Source: Acidobacteriota bacterium
GTDB taxonomy: Bacteria > Acidobacteriota > Polarisedimenticolia > J045
Assembly (NCBI GenBank): GCA_030949985.1
Contig: JAUZRX010000027.1
Coordinates: 19,536-83,535 of the forward strand
Length of the DNA stretch: 64,000 bases
Reading direction: 5' to 3'
The stretch's first letter is position 1. Each line of letters starts with the position of its first letter. Both the position numbers and the translations under genes were made by a program. The notes below the pieces were generated by a model. It saw nothing but the letters and a program-made list of their open reading frames with translations. It searched no databases and had not been told where the DNA came from. Positions 29,216-37,968 of the stretch are shown in pieces.

Positions 29216-30388
29216 TCATGACGAATCACGGTTGGAATCCGGCTCCTCACCTTCCCTCTCGGAGCCGGAACTTGTCGGCTGGATTTCCACCATGGCTGCT
29301 TGCCGGGGCCGGTCCGCGCCCCTCTGCGGCAAATATTCGAATACCTGCACGCGTCGATTGACCTGATCGACGACGTAGATGCGGCCCTTGGCATCGATGT
29401 GCATGCCTGCCGGTAACCAGAAGCTTCCTGCGCTTCGGCCCAGAGTGCCGACGGCCAGCAGGAGCCGGCCCTGGCCGTTGAAGACCTGGAAGTTGTTGAA
29501 AGCGGCATCGACCACGTAGACGTGTCCTTCGGGGTCGATAGCGATACCCTTGGGACGGGTGAAGCTGCCGGGAGCATCACCGAGGCCCCCGACTGTCTGA
29601 AGATGTCGACCCGCGGGAGAAAACTGCTGGACACGAAAATTGCCGGTATCGACGACCCACAGGTTTCCCAGGGCGTCGAGGGTCAAGTTGGTGGGGAAAT
29701 TGAACGCGCCGTCGCTGTTGCCCCGGTGGCCCCAGGTCTCCAGGTGACGACCGGTTTCCGCGTCGTAGACGAATATCCGGTGCAGGTGAGAGTCGGCGAC
29801 GTAGAGGCGGGAGCGACCGGCATCGAGGGCGATGCCCGTCGGGTTTCTTAATCCCTCCACGGGGCCGATGGCCCATTCCACCGCTCCGCCGGGAGCGATG
29901 CGGAAAACCTGGTCCAGCTTGGCATCCGAAACGTACACTCGCTGTCGGTCGTCGACGGCAATCCCTATCGGAGTGATGAGGCGCACTCGGGGGTCGATTT
30001 TCAGGTGCCGCACCTTCTGAGCGGCTTCGTCGAAGACCACGATCCGGCCGTTGCCCGTGTCGGTGACGTAGATCCGTCCTTGCTTGTCGACGGTCACACC
30101 GTAGGGCTTGCGCAGGCTGACGCCCCGCTTTCTCTGGGGCCCTATCAACAGGCGCCGTAAGCGGGAACGGGGTTTGCGGTAGTCTTCCGAGCCTTGCAGG
30201 GTGCGAACGAAACGAATCCGTGGCTGGGCCGGGGGCAAGGGCCAGACCAGGGCCGGCGATGGGGCTTGGCCGGACTCCGGTTCCGGGCCGGCCAGGCTGG
30301 CACCGCCAGGCGGTATCCAACCCGGTGCTGTCGCAACGATCAGCAGCGCCCACAGGGGAACGTGCCACCGCTTGCCTGGTCTCCTCAC
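29216..30388 (-). CDS. NHL-repeat six-bladed beta-propeller protein (NHL-1), first gene of the operon
   Basis: Six units: GRIYVTDTGNGRIVVFD, QRVYVSDAKLDQVFRI, SRLYVADSHLHRIFVYD, GNLWVVDTGNFRVQQFS, GHVYVVDAAFNNFQVFN, GRIYVVDQVNRRVQVFE. GTG at 30388 preceded by GAGGAGAGG. Hydrophobic N-terminus. Confidence 0.8.
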   Translation of the reverse strand: MRRPGKRWHVPLWALLIVATAPGWIPPGGASLAGPEPESGQAPSPALVWPLPPAQPRIRFVRTLQGSEDYRKPRSRLRRLLIGPQRKRGVSLRKPYGVTVDKQGRIYVTDTGNGRIVVFDEAAQKVRHLKIDPRVRLITPIGIAVDDRQRVYVSDAKLDQVFRIAPGGAVEWAIGPVEGLRNPTGIALDAGRSRLYVADSHLHRIFVYDAETGRHLETWGHRGNSDGAFNFPTNLTLDALGNLWVVDTGNFRVQQFSPAGRHLQTVGGLGDAPGSFTRPKGIAIDPEGHVYVVDAAFNNFQVFNGQGRLLLAVGTLGRSAGSFWLPAGMHIDAKGRIYVVDQVNRRVQVFEYLPQRGADRPRQAAMVEIQPTSSGSEREGEEPDSNRDSS

Positions 30389-30462
30389 GTCGGCCCTCTC
30401 CTCACAGTCTGTTCTTGGCTGTTTAGGACAACGTAGGATCCTGCCGAAGAGCTAATCAACGG

Positions 30463-30478
30463 TTTATTCATGAATAAA
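30463..30478. promoter_or_regulatory. Perfect 16-bp palindrome TTTATTCATGAATAAA upstream of the NHL/cytochrome operon (candidate transcription-factor site)
   Basis: Read directly from the sequence. It lies 75-90 bp upstream of the NHL-1 start, in the most AT-rich part of the 207-bp divergent intergenic region. Confidence 0.5.
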
Positions 30479-30534
30479 TACGGATTTTTCCGGTCCTTTA
30501 TTGGCCATCGAGACGGGGTCTTCGGCGCCCCGCC

Positions 30535-30582
30535 TTGACAGGCGCGAGGCGGGACGCTAAGTTGGTTATCACTAACTAACTT
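30535..30582 (+). promoter_or_regulatory. Candidate promoter (TTGACA-17-TAAGTT) with overlapping TetR-type operator (10-4-10 inverted repeat)
   Basis: TTGACA at 30535-30540, then 17 nt, then TAAGTT at 30558-30563. AAGTTGGTTA-tcac-TAACTAACTT at 30559-30582 has one mismatch between arms. AAGGAG RBS at 30584-30589 and ATG at 30596. Confidence 0.55.
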
Positions 30583-30595
30583 CAAGGAGCACCCC

Positions 30596-31171
30596 ATGGG
30601 GGACCAGCGACGCGCAGAGATCCTGGACCAGGCCATGGCCCTGCTGATCGAGGACGGTATCGCCGCCCTGACCATGAAGAGGGTCGCCGAGCGGATGGGG
30701 TTTACGGAACCCGCCATGTACCGCCATTTTCGCAACAAGCAGGACCTGGTGATTCACCTGGTGCGACGAACGAGAGACCGTTTCAGCTCCTTCTACGAAG
30801 GCTGCGACCCGGCCGACCCTCCCGAGGTCTTTCTCCGGCAATTCCTGTTCAGCCTGCTGGCCTTTCTCGACCAGGTGGATGGGGTGACGATCCTCTTCCT
30901 CTCGGATTCCGCCTACAACCGCGATGACAAGATCCGGGCTGAAATGGAAGCTTTACTCGGTGAGCAGCTCGGCCGTCTCCGCGCCTATCTCACCCTGGCC
31001 CGGGAGCGAGGTGAAGTCCGGGAAGACCTCCATCCGGACGCCGCGGCCCTGGTCTTGATGGGAGCCGTTCAAGCCCTGACCATTCGGCACATCCTCGTCC
31101 AACAGCGGCCCCCGATCGCCTCGCAAGGCGAGGCCGTGCTCGATGTCCTTCTGCGGGGCGTGCTGTCATGA
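30596..31171 (+). CDS. TetR/AcrR-family transcriptional regulator
   Basis: N-terminal HTH ALTMKRVAERMGFTEPAMYRHFRNKQDL. ~190 aa. ATGA overlap with the next gene. Confidence 0.85.
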   Translation: MGDQRRAEILDQAMALLIEDGIAALTMKRVAERMGFTEPAMYRHFRNKQDLVIHLVRRTRDRFSSFYEGCDPADPPEVFLRQFLFSLLAFLDQVDGVTILFLSDSAYNRDDKIRAEMEALLGEQLGRLRAYLTLARERGEVREDLHPDAAALVLMGAVQALTIRHILVQQRPPIASQGEAVLDVLLRGVLS

Positions 31172-32493
31172 GGCGGCTTCTGGCGGCCCTGGCCGGGGCC
31201 ACTCTTGCCATCACGCCGGCCAGCCTTTCGAACGCCGCCGAGGCGGTGTTGACGCTTGATCAGGCCCTGGCCCGCGCGTTGGCGCATCACCCCGCCCTCG
31301 GAGCCCTCGAAGCCACGGCGCGTTCCCGCTCCAGCGGCGAGCAGGCCGAAAAGCGCCGCCGCATGGGCGAAGTCAGTGCGCAGGCCGCCTTCCAGCGTCA
31401 GAGCGACGACATGCTGATCCGGCCGATGACCCGTGACCTGCTCGCTTCCGGGCCGGAGAACATGCCCTTCGACGACGCCTACGGATCCTGGAGTGTGGGA
31501 TACCACCTGCCGCTCTACAGCGGAGGCGCCCTCGCGAGCGCCACCCGGGCCGCGCAACAGGGTGCGGCGGCGGCGCGGGCGGGACTGCTGCGAGCGACCG
31601 CCTCCCTGCGTCACCAGGTGCTGGCGACCTACGCGGGACTACTCTCCCTGGACGGACAGATCGTGGCCTGGGAGCAGGAGAAACAGGCCCTCGCCTCCCT
31701 GCTGGAGCATATCCGGCTGGGCGAACAGGCCGGACGGCTGGCCCACGTGGACTCTCTCAAGGCCCAGGTCAGGATCCAGGAGGCGCAAGCACGCCTGGCA
31801 GACCTGCGGGGACGGCGCGCAAGCCTCGACGCCCGCCTGGCCGCCCTGCTCGGAGAAGAGCGGCCCCCGGCAGGCGGTTACGTGGTCGCGGCGATCCCGG
31901 CGCCGGAACTCGGCTCCCTGGAGAACGAGGAAGCGCTGATCGCCATCGCCCTGACCCGCCGCAGCGACCTCCGACAGGCGCGGCACCTCGAGCAGGAGCG
32001 CCAGGCCGAAGCCCAGGTCGCTCGGGCTGCGCGTCGGCCACAGGTTCAGCTCGACGCCCGACTTCATGGGGTTCATGCCGCCGGATACTCGTTCAACGAC
32101 ACCTACTGGACGGTGGCCGCGACGGCCTCGATTCCGCTGAGCGACATGGGACGCCGGCGACACCTGGCCGAGCGCCGCGAACACCTGGCCCGGGCGGCCG
32201 CCCTGAACACTCGGGACCTCGAGGGGCGCATCCGGGCCGAGGTCCGGTCCGCGTTGGCCGCTCTTCGCACCGCCCGGGCCGCACTGGGAGCCCACCGCGC
32301 AGCCCTCGAGCTGGCCCGCGAAGTCGCGCGTCTCGAACAGCTCAAGTACGACAGCGGTCGAGGGAACATCGACGACCTGCTCGCCGCGCGCGCCCGGCTC
32401 CGAGGTGCCGAATCCAACCTGTTGCAAGCGCGTAACGACCTGATCGTGGCCGCTGACGACCTGCGCACCACCATCGAGGGGGAAATACCGTGA
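31168..32493 (+). CDS. TolC-family outer-membrane efflux protein
   Basis: Signal peptide, LTLDQALARALAHHPAL start, and two long coiled-coil-rich repeats typical of outer membrane factors. Confidence 0.8.
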   Translation: MRRLLAALAGATLAITPASLSNAAEAVLTLDQALARALAHHPALGALEATARSRSSGEQAEKRRRMGEVSAQAAFQRQSDDMLIRPMTRDLLASGPENMPFDDAYGSWSVGYHLPLYSGGALASATRAAQQGAAAARAGLLRATASLRHQVLATYAGLLSLDGQIVAWEQEKQALASLLEHIRLGEQAGRLAHVDSLKAQVRIQEAQARLADLRGRRASLDARLAALLGEERPPAGGYVVAAIPAPELGSLENEEALIAIALTRRSDLRQARHLEQERQAEAQVARAARRPQVQLDARLHGVHAAGYSFNDTYWTVAATASIPLSDMGRRRHLAERREHLARAAALNTRDLEGRIRAEVRSALAALRTARAALGAHRAALELAREVARLEQLKYDSGRGNIDDLLAARARLRGAESNLLQARNDLIVAADDLRTTIEGEIP

Positions 32494-33635
32494 AGACCCG
32501 CTGGCTGCTCCTGTTCCTGCTCGCGGTCGCCGCCGGTGCCGGCGCCTGGCTCGCACGTCATCGCTACCAGCAGCTCCACTCCCAACGACCGGCGATAGTC
32601 TCCGAGATTCCCGTCACCACGGCGCGAGTCCGGCAAGAGCTGTTCATCGCCGAACGCACCGCCTATGGCGTGGTGGCCACCGATCAGCGTGCGATTCTCC
32701 GGGCCCGGACCGCGGGCCAGATCACAGTGATCGCCGCGCGGGAAGGGACCCCGGTGCGTGCCGGCCAGACCCTCGCGGAACTCGACGGGACTCCTGGACT
32801 CCCCACGGGCGACCGGGCCGCGCGAACCACGGCGTTGAGTCAACTCGAGCACTCCATCGCGGCTCTCGAGCAGGCGGTGGCCAATCTCGAGCGCATCTAC
32901 CGCCGCGACAGGATGCTCCTCGAAAACCGGGCGATCGCGGCCCAGGTCGCCGAGCTTTCGGAAAACCGCTGGCAGGAAGCCCGGGCCCAGCTCGCGACAC
33001 GCAAGAGCGAGGTGGCGGGCCTGGTGGCCCAACTCGAACAGTTCACGATCAAGGCGCCCTTCACCGGCACGGTCTCCCGGGTCCACGGGAGCGTGGGCGA
33101 CGTGGTGGCCCCCGGGGCCCCTCTCCTCGAACTGGAGAGCACGACGCCCTGCAAGATCGTCGTGACCGTGGCCGCCGACGATTTGGCCTTCCTCGCCGTG
33201 GGGTCACGCGCCCGGATCCTGCATGGCGGATCGACGATCGAAGCGAAGATCAGCCGGATCCATCCCGCCGCCCGAGGAGGAGCCGGCACGGTCGAGGTAT
33301 CGCTGCCCACGCCGCCCTTCGACCTGCCGACCGGATCCGCGGTGACCGTCCTCCTCGAGACCGCTTGCTTGGCGGACGCCCTGGTCGTGCCCCTCGACGC
33401 GGTGGTCGAGGGCCCCACCACCGCCCGCCTGCACGTGCTCGACCATGGGGTGGTGCGTCTCGTTCCGGTGCGCGTCCTCGCCGCCACCGAACACCGGGCC
33501 GCTGTGGCCGGTGACATCCGCGCCGGTGACGTCGTCGTCCGCGGCAGCGAGTCCCTGCTGCTGCGCCTGACCGACGGGGCGAAGGTCTCCGTTCACAATC
33601 CACCGGTTGCCGGCAAGGTCAAGACCCATGGCTAG
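32490..33635 (+). CDS. Efflux RND periplasmic adaptor subunit (MFP/HlyD family)
   Basis: N-terminal TM/signal, lipoyl-like and coiled-coil segments. IKAPFTGTVSRV motif. GTG at 32490 overlaps the tolC-like stop. Confidence 0.8.
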   Translation: MKTRWLLLFLLAVAAGAGAWLARHRYQQLHSQRPAIVSEIPVTTARVRQELFIAERTAYGVVATDQRAILRARTAGQITVIAAREGTPVRAGQTLAELDGTPGLPTGDRAARTTALSQLEHSIAALEQAVANLERIYRRDRMLLENRAIAAQVAELSENRWQEARAQLATRKSEVAGLVAQLEQFTIKAPFTGTVSRVHGSVGDVVAPGAPLLELESTTPCKIVVTVAADDLAFLAVGSRARILHGGSTIEAKISRIHPAARGGAGTVEVSLPTPPFDLPTGSAVTVLLETACLADALVVPLDAVVEGPTTARLHVLDHGVVRLVPVRVLAATEHRAAVAGDIRAGDVVVRGSESLLLRLTDGAKVSVHNPPVAGKVKTHG

Positions 33636-36600
33636 AGTCGAGCGACCAGGCCTGATCGACCGGGTTTTCCAGCACCCCCACCTGGTCGCCGTGTTTTCTC
33701 TGCTGACCCTGGTGCTGGGGATCTACGGTGCCGGGGCGATCAAGGTCGACCTCTTCCCCCCGGTTCAACGTCCCACGGTCGCCCTGCTGGTCTCCCAGCC
33801 CGGCGCCTCCTCGGTAGACGTGGCCGCCTACGTGGTCCGCCCCCTCGAGCGCGCCTGCCATACGGTCAGCGGCGTGCGACGCGTCACCTCTGTGAGCAAG
33901 GACGAGTTCGGCGCCATCACCGTCGAGTTCGAGTACGACAAGCCCATTCAGGAAGCCGTCACGGACGTGATGGCCGCCGTCGACCAGGTCCGCGCCCAAC
34001 TTCCCGACGATGTCCTCGAACCCCAGCTTTTCAAGATCGGAGATTTCACCGTACCCGTCATGACCCTGGCCGTGGGCCCGGCCACCGATGCGGGTCTCGA
34101 CCTGGCCCTGGTGCGACAGATCGCCGACAACGAGTTGAAAGACGCCCTGCTGAATATCCCGGAAGTATCCGGCGTGGAGGTCTTCGGCGGCTCGAGGCGC
34201 GAGATCTCGATCCAGGTGGACCCCGGCCGCATGGCCGCTCTCGGCCTGCCCTTTTCGGCCCTGCTGGACGCGCTGCGCGAAGGCAATCGCGACGTCCCCG
34301 ATGGATTCCTCATCAACGAGGACACCCAGATCGTGATCAAGACCCGTGGCGCGGTCGAAAACCATCGCCAACTCGAAGAACTTCCCATCACCTTCGGAGG
34401 CCGTGTGGTCCGCTTGCGCGATGTCGCCACGGTCCGCTCCTCGACCTCCGACGCCACGTCGGTCTTTCATTTCAACGGCAAGGCGACGGTGGCAATCCAT
34501 ATTCTGCGCCATGAAAAGGCGAACACGGCCGCCACGATCAAGGCGGTCGACGAAGCCCTTCCGGCCCTGGCCACGCGCTTTCCCCAACTCTCACTGCAAG
34601 TCGCGGATTCCCAATCACGGATCATCGACCAGTCGATCGCGAATCTCAAGGGCTCGCTGCGTGACGCGATCCTCTTTACGATCGTGGTGATCTTCCTGAT
34701 GATCGCCGACGCCCGTTCAGCGCTGATCACGGGAATTTCGATTCCCTTCACCTACTTTCTGACGTTCTCCGCGATGTTGCTGCTGGGCATGGAGTTCAAC
34801 ATCGTCACCATGACCGGCGTGATTCTCGCGGTCGGCATGCTGGTCGACGACGCGATCGTCGTCCTCGAAAACATCGAGCGGCACTACGAGGAGAAGGGGG
34901 GCGATCTGCGCGTGGTGGCCCGGCAGGCGACCAGGGAAATACTCCAGGCCGACTTTTCCGGCACGTTCTCCACGGTCATCGTGCTGGTCCCCATCATGCT
35001 GCTCGGCGGCTACGTCCAGAAAGTGATGCAACCCCTGACGACCGTGCTCGCCATCGCCCTGACCTCGTCCTTCGTAGTCTCCGTGACCATCATTCCCCTG
35101 ATCGCACCCTGGATCATCCGTAACTCCGACCGCCGGGAGAACCCTATACTCGCCTTCATCAACGCCCTGGCCCGCCGCTTCCAGTCGGTGTTCGTCGACC
35201 GGTCCCGCGATTTCTTCTCCGCGGCGTTCGCAACGGTCAACCGGCATCGCATCGTTTTCCTGGGGCTCATCGTCATCCTTCTGCCCCTCTCCCTGGGCTT
35301 GATGAAGATCATCGGTCGCGACCTGATGCCGCCGATGGACACCGGCATCGTCATGCTCCACGTGGAAACAGAAACGGACTACTCCATCGCCCGCAGCGAG
35401 AAGCTGCTGCGAAAAATCGAAGGGATCGTCGCCCGGCAAGAAGGCCTGATTTCCCACCTGGCCTACATCGGTGCCGAGCCGTCCCTGGTTTCCTTCGGCC
35501 GTGGGCGCAGTGCACAGCAAATCGACATCACGATCAACCTGGTCGACCGGTTTCACCGGGCCCGATCGATCTGGGCGGTGGAAGATGAACTGCGAAGAGC
35601 CGTCCTGTCCTTGCCGGGAGTCAAGAGCGTCGAGGTGACCGAATTCGGTGCGACACCGCTTTCGAGCATCGCCTCGACGGTCGACGTACAGATCCGTGGC
35701 GATGACTTCCGCGAGCTGGCCCGGCTGGCCGCAGAGGTCACGCGGCGGCTCCGAGAACGACCGGGATTCACATCGGTCGATCCGACCTGGAGTGTCGATC
35801 GCGCCGAGTATCACCTGATCTTCGATCGCGACGCTTGCGCCCAACAGGGACTGACCCCGGTCGACGTCTCCTACCAGGTCGCGCTGGCCGCCCGGGGCGT
35901 CCCGGCGGGATCGTTGCGCGTGTTCAACCAGGACGGCCTGCGCATTCGGCTGAGAATCGACCCCCTGACCCGGGAGAATATGGCAAGACTCCTCTCTCTG
36001 CCGATCCAGGCTCCCGGCGGCGCGCAAGTTCCCCTGCGCAGCCTGGCGCGCATCGAAAAGAACTTCGTACCCTCGACCATCACCCGGGAGGGTCTGGCTT
36101 ACACCGTCAACATCCATGGCCTCAGGGCGAGAGCGCCCGTCAGCTTTCTCGACAGCCAGCGACGAGCGGCGCTGGAGGGACTCGAACTACCCGCCGGTTT
36201 CTCGCTGAGGGAACAGGGCGAGATGCGGCAAATGAACGAATCCTTCGGCAGGCTCGGTAAGGCGCTCGCCCTTTCCCTGCTCTTCCTCTACCTCACCTTC
36301 GTGGTGATCTTCCGCTCGTTCCTGGATCCGGTGGTGATCATGCTCTCGATTCCCTTTGCCGCCATCGGTGGTATCTGGGCCTTGCTGATCGCCGATCGTC
36401 ACGGCTGCATGCCGGCGTTCATGGGCTTCATTCTCCTCACCGGCGTGATCGTCAACAACGCGATTCTCCTGGTCGACTTCATTCGGCTCTACCGCCGGCA
36501 GGGCCATGGCCTGGAAGAAGCGGTCCACATGGCCATTCGCGTCCGCACCCGCCCGATCCTGATGACCGCGGTGACCACCATCGTCGGCATGGTTCCGATC

Positions 36601-36774
36601 GCCGCGGAGTGGGCGATCGGCCTCGAACGCCTCTCACCCCTGGCCGTGGTCGCGATCGGAGGTCTGCTGGCCGGCACGATCCTCACACTGGTCTACATTC
36701 CCACCCTCTATGTCATCAAGGAGCAGTGGATAGCGGGTTTCACCTCCCGCCGCGGTGACGCATCCTCTTCATAG
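33628..36774 (+). CDS. RND efflux permease (AcrB/CzcA superfamily), ~1048 aa
   Basis: Twelve-TM/two-loop architecture. VDDAIVVLENIERH motif. ATG at 33628 overlaps the end of the MFP gene by 8 nt. Confidence 0.9.
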   Translation: MARVERPGLIDRVFQHPHLVAVFSLLTLVLGIYGAGAIKVDLFPPVQRPTVALLVSQPGASSVDVAAYVVRPLERACHTVSGVRRVTSVSKDEFGAITVEFEYDKPIQEAVTDVMAAVDQVRAQLPDDVLEPQLFKIGDFTVPVMTLAVGPATDAGLDLALVRQIADNELKDALLNIPEVSGVEVFGGSRREISIQVDPGRMAALGLPFSALLDALREGNRDVPDGFLINEDTQIVIKTRGAVENHRQLEELPITFGGRVVRLRDVATVRSSTSDATSVFHFNGKATVAIHILRHEKANTAATIKAVDEALPALATRFPQLSLQVADSQSRIIDQSIANLKGSLRDAILFTIVVIFLMIADARSALITGISIPFTYFLTFSAMLLLGMEFNIVTMTGVILAVGMLVDDAIVVLENIERHYEEKGGDLRVVARQATREILQADFSGTFSTVIVLVPIMLLGGYVQKVMQPLTTVLAIALTSSFVVSVTIIPLIAPWIIRNSDRRENPILAFINALARRFQSVFVDRSRDFFSAAFATVNRHRIVFLGLIVILLPLSLGLMKIIGRDLMPPMDTGIVMLHVETETDYSIARSEKLLRKIEGIVARQEGLISHLAYIGAEPSLVSFGRGRSAQQIDITINLVDRFHRARSIWAVEDELRRAVLSLPGVKSVEVTEFGATPLSSIASTVDVQIRGDDFRELARLAAEVTRRLRERPGFTSVDPTWSVDRAEYHLIFDRDACAQQGLTPVDVSYQVALAARGVPAGSLRVFNQDGLRIRLRIDPLTRENMARLLSLPIQAPGGAQVPLRSLARIEKNFVPSTITREGLAYTVNIHGLRARAPVSFLDSQRRAALEGLELPAGFSLREQGEMRQMNESFGRLGKALALSLLFLYLTFVVIFRSFLDPVVIMLSIPFAAIGGIWALLIADRHGCMPAFMGFILLTGVIVNNAILLVDFIRLYRRQGHGLEEAVHMAIRVRTRPILMTAVTTIVGMVPIAAEWAIGLERLSPLAVVAIGGLLAGTILTLVYIPTLYVIKEQWIAGFTSRRGDASSS

Positions 36775-36793
36775 GGACCACCCAAAGGGCCGC

Positions 36794-37858
36794 ATGACCG
36801 CCGACCGGATCCCGGTCTCGTCTCAAGCCCCGGCCCCGCCGGTCGATAAGCCGGGAGGGGGCAGCATTCCGGGAGGCGTTGTGTCCGAACACCTCGGCCG
36901 CAAGAAAACGGATGCCGACTACGGTCTTGGCGAGCACACGCTGGACATGTCGGATTTGAGCCTGATCAGCGAGGCGGAGCTTACCGCGCGGCTGGCCCGG
37001 ACCTTTGAATCGCCAAACTATTCTCCACCCCGCCTGCCCTCCGTCGCAACGGAACTGCTGGCGCTCTCGCAGAATCCCGACGTGGAGTTCTCGGCCGTCG
37101 AAGCCCTGCTGGAACGCGACGCGATGCTTGCCGGCGAAATCCTCTCGCTGGCCCGGTCGGCTTTCTACAGCCGCTCGCGGCAGGTCGACAGCATGCGGGC
37201 CGCGCTCGTCCTGATCGGACTGAGAAAGCTCCAGCAGGTGGTGCTCCAGGCGGCAATGGACCTGCGAGTCTTCCGTTCCGACACGTACACCGGCGCCATG
37301 GAACGCCTGCGCCACCATGCCCGCGCCACCGCGCACATCTCCCGCATCATCTCGATGTACACCCCCATGGGAGAAGAGCAGGCCTTCCTCTGCGGCCTGC
37401 TCCACGACGTGGGATTTGCCGGGATCCTGCTGGTTCTCGGCGACGCGGGTCGCGACCGGCAGGCTCCGGACCTGACGGCCATCTGGCCGGCCATAGACGG
37501 GGCCCATGCGAAAGCAGGTGCCCGGATGGTGGAGCTGTGGGGGCTTCCCGCGGAGTACGCCATGGTGGTCGGCGCCCACCACCAGGTTCAAATCGAGGGC
37601 TACCCCCATCCCCTCGCCGCCACGGTCTGCCTGGCCGAAGATCTCAGCCGGGATTTGCATTTCGCCCTGGCTCCCCAGCCAGGCAGCGGAGCCAAGGATG
37701 ACTCGGGCCTGCTCGCTCATGCCACCATCGACAGTTCTTCCCCAGCGACCCTGGACACCGCGCGCCAGGCCCTTGGCCTGACCGAACAGGTGTGGGAGTT
37801 GATCCGGAAGGACGCCGAGGCCTGGGCCGCCAGCGATGCCACCGGCGGGGCCGGATAG
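36794..37858 (+). CDS. HDOD domain-containing signalling protein
   Basis: LPSVATELLALSQNPDVEFSAVEALLERDAMLAGEILSLARSAFYSRSRQVDSMRAALVLIGLRKL and LLHDVG. The start is uncertain (ATG 36794 or ATG 36947). Confidence 0.7.
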   Translation: MTADRIPVSSQAPAPPVDKPGGGSIPGGVVSEHLGRKKTDADYGLGEHTLDMSDLSLISEAELTARLARTFESPNYSPPRLPSVATELLALSQNPDVEFSAVEALLERDAMLAGEILSLARSAFYSRSRQVDSMRAALVLIGLRKLQQVVLQAAMDLRVFRSDTYTGAMERLRHHARATAHISRIISMYTPMGEEQAFLCGLLHDVGFAGILLVLGDAGRDRQAPDLTAIWPAIDGAHAKAGARMVELWGLPAEYAMVVGAHHQVQIEGYPHPLAATVCLAEDLSRDLHFALAPQPGSGAKDDSGLLAHATIDSSSPATLDTARQALGLTEQVWELIRKDAEAWAASDATGGAG

Positions 37859-37968
37859 CCTGCCGCTACTACGCTCGTCCCCCCTCTTCCCCGACAGTCC
37901 CGGGCCACGACGGCGGACCCTGACCGACTCCCTGCACCCTGGTGCAACGGGCGCGCAGTTGATGCATA

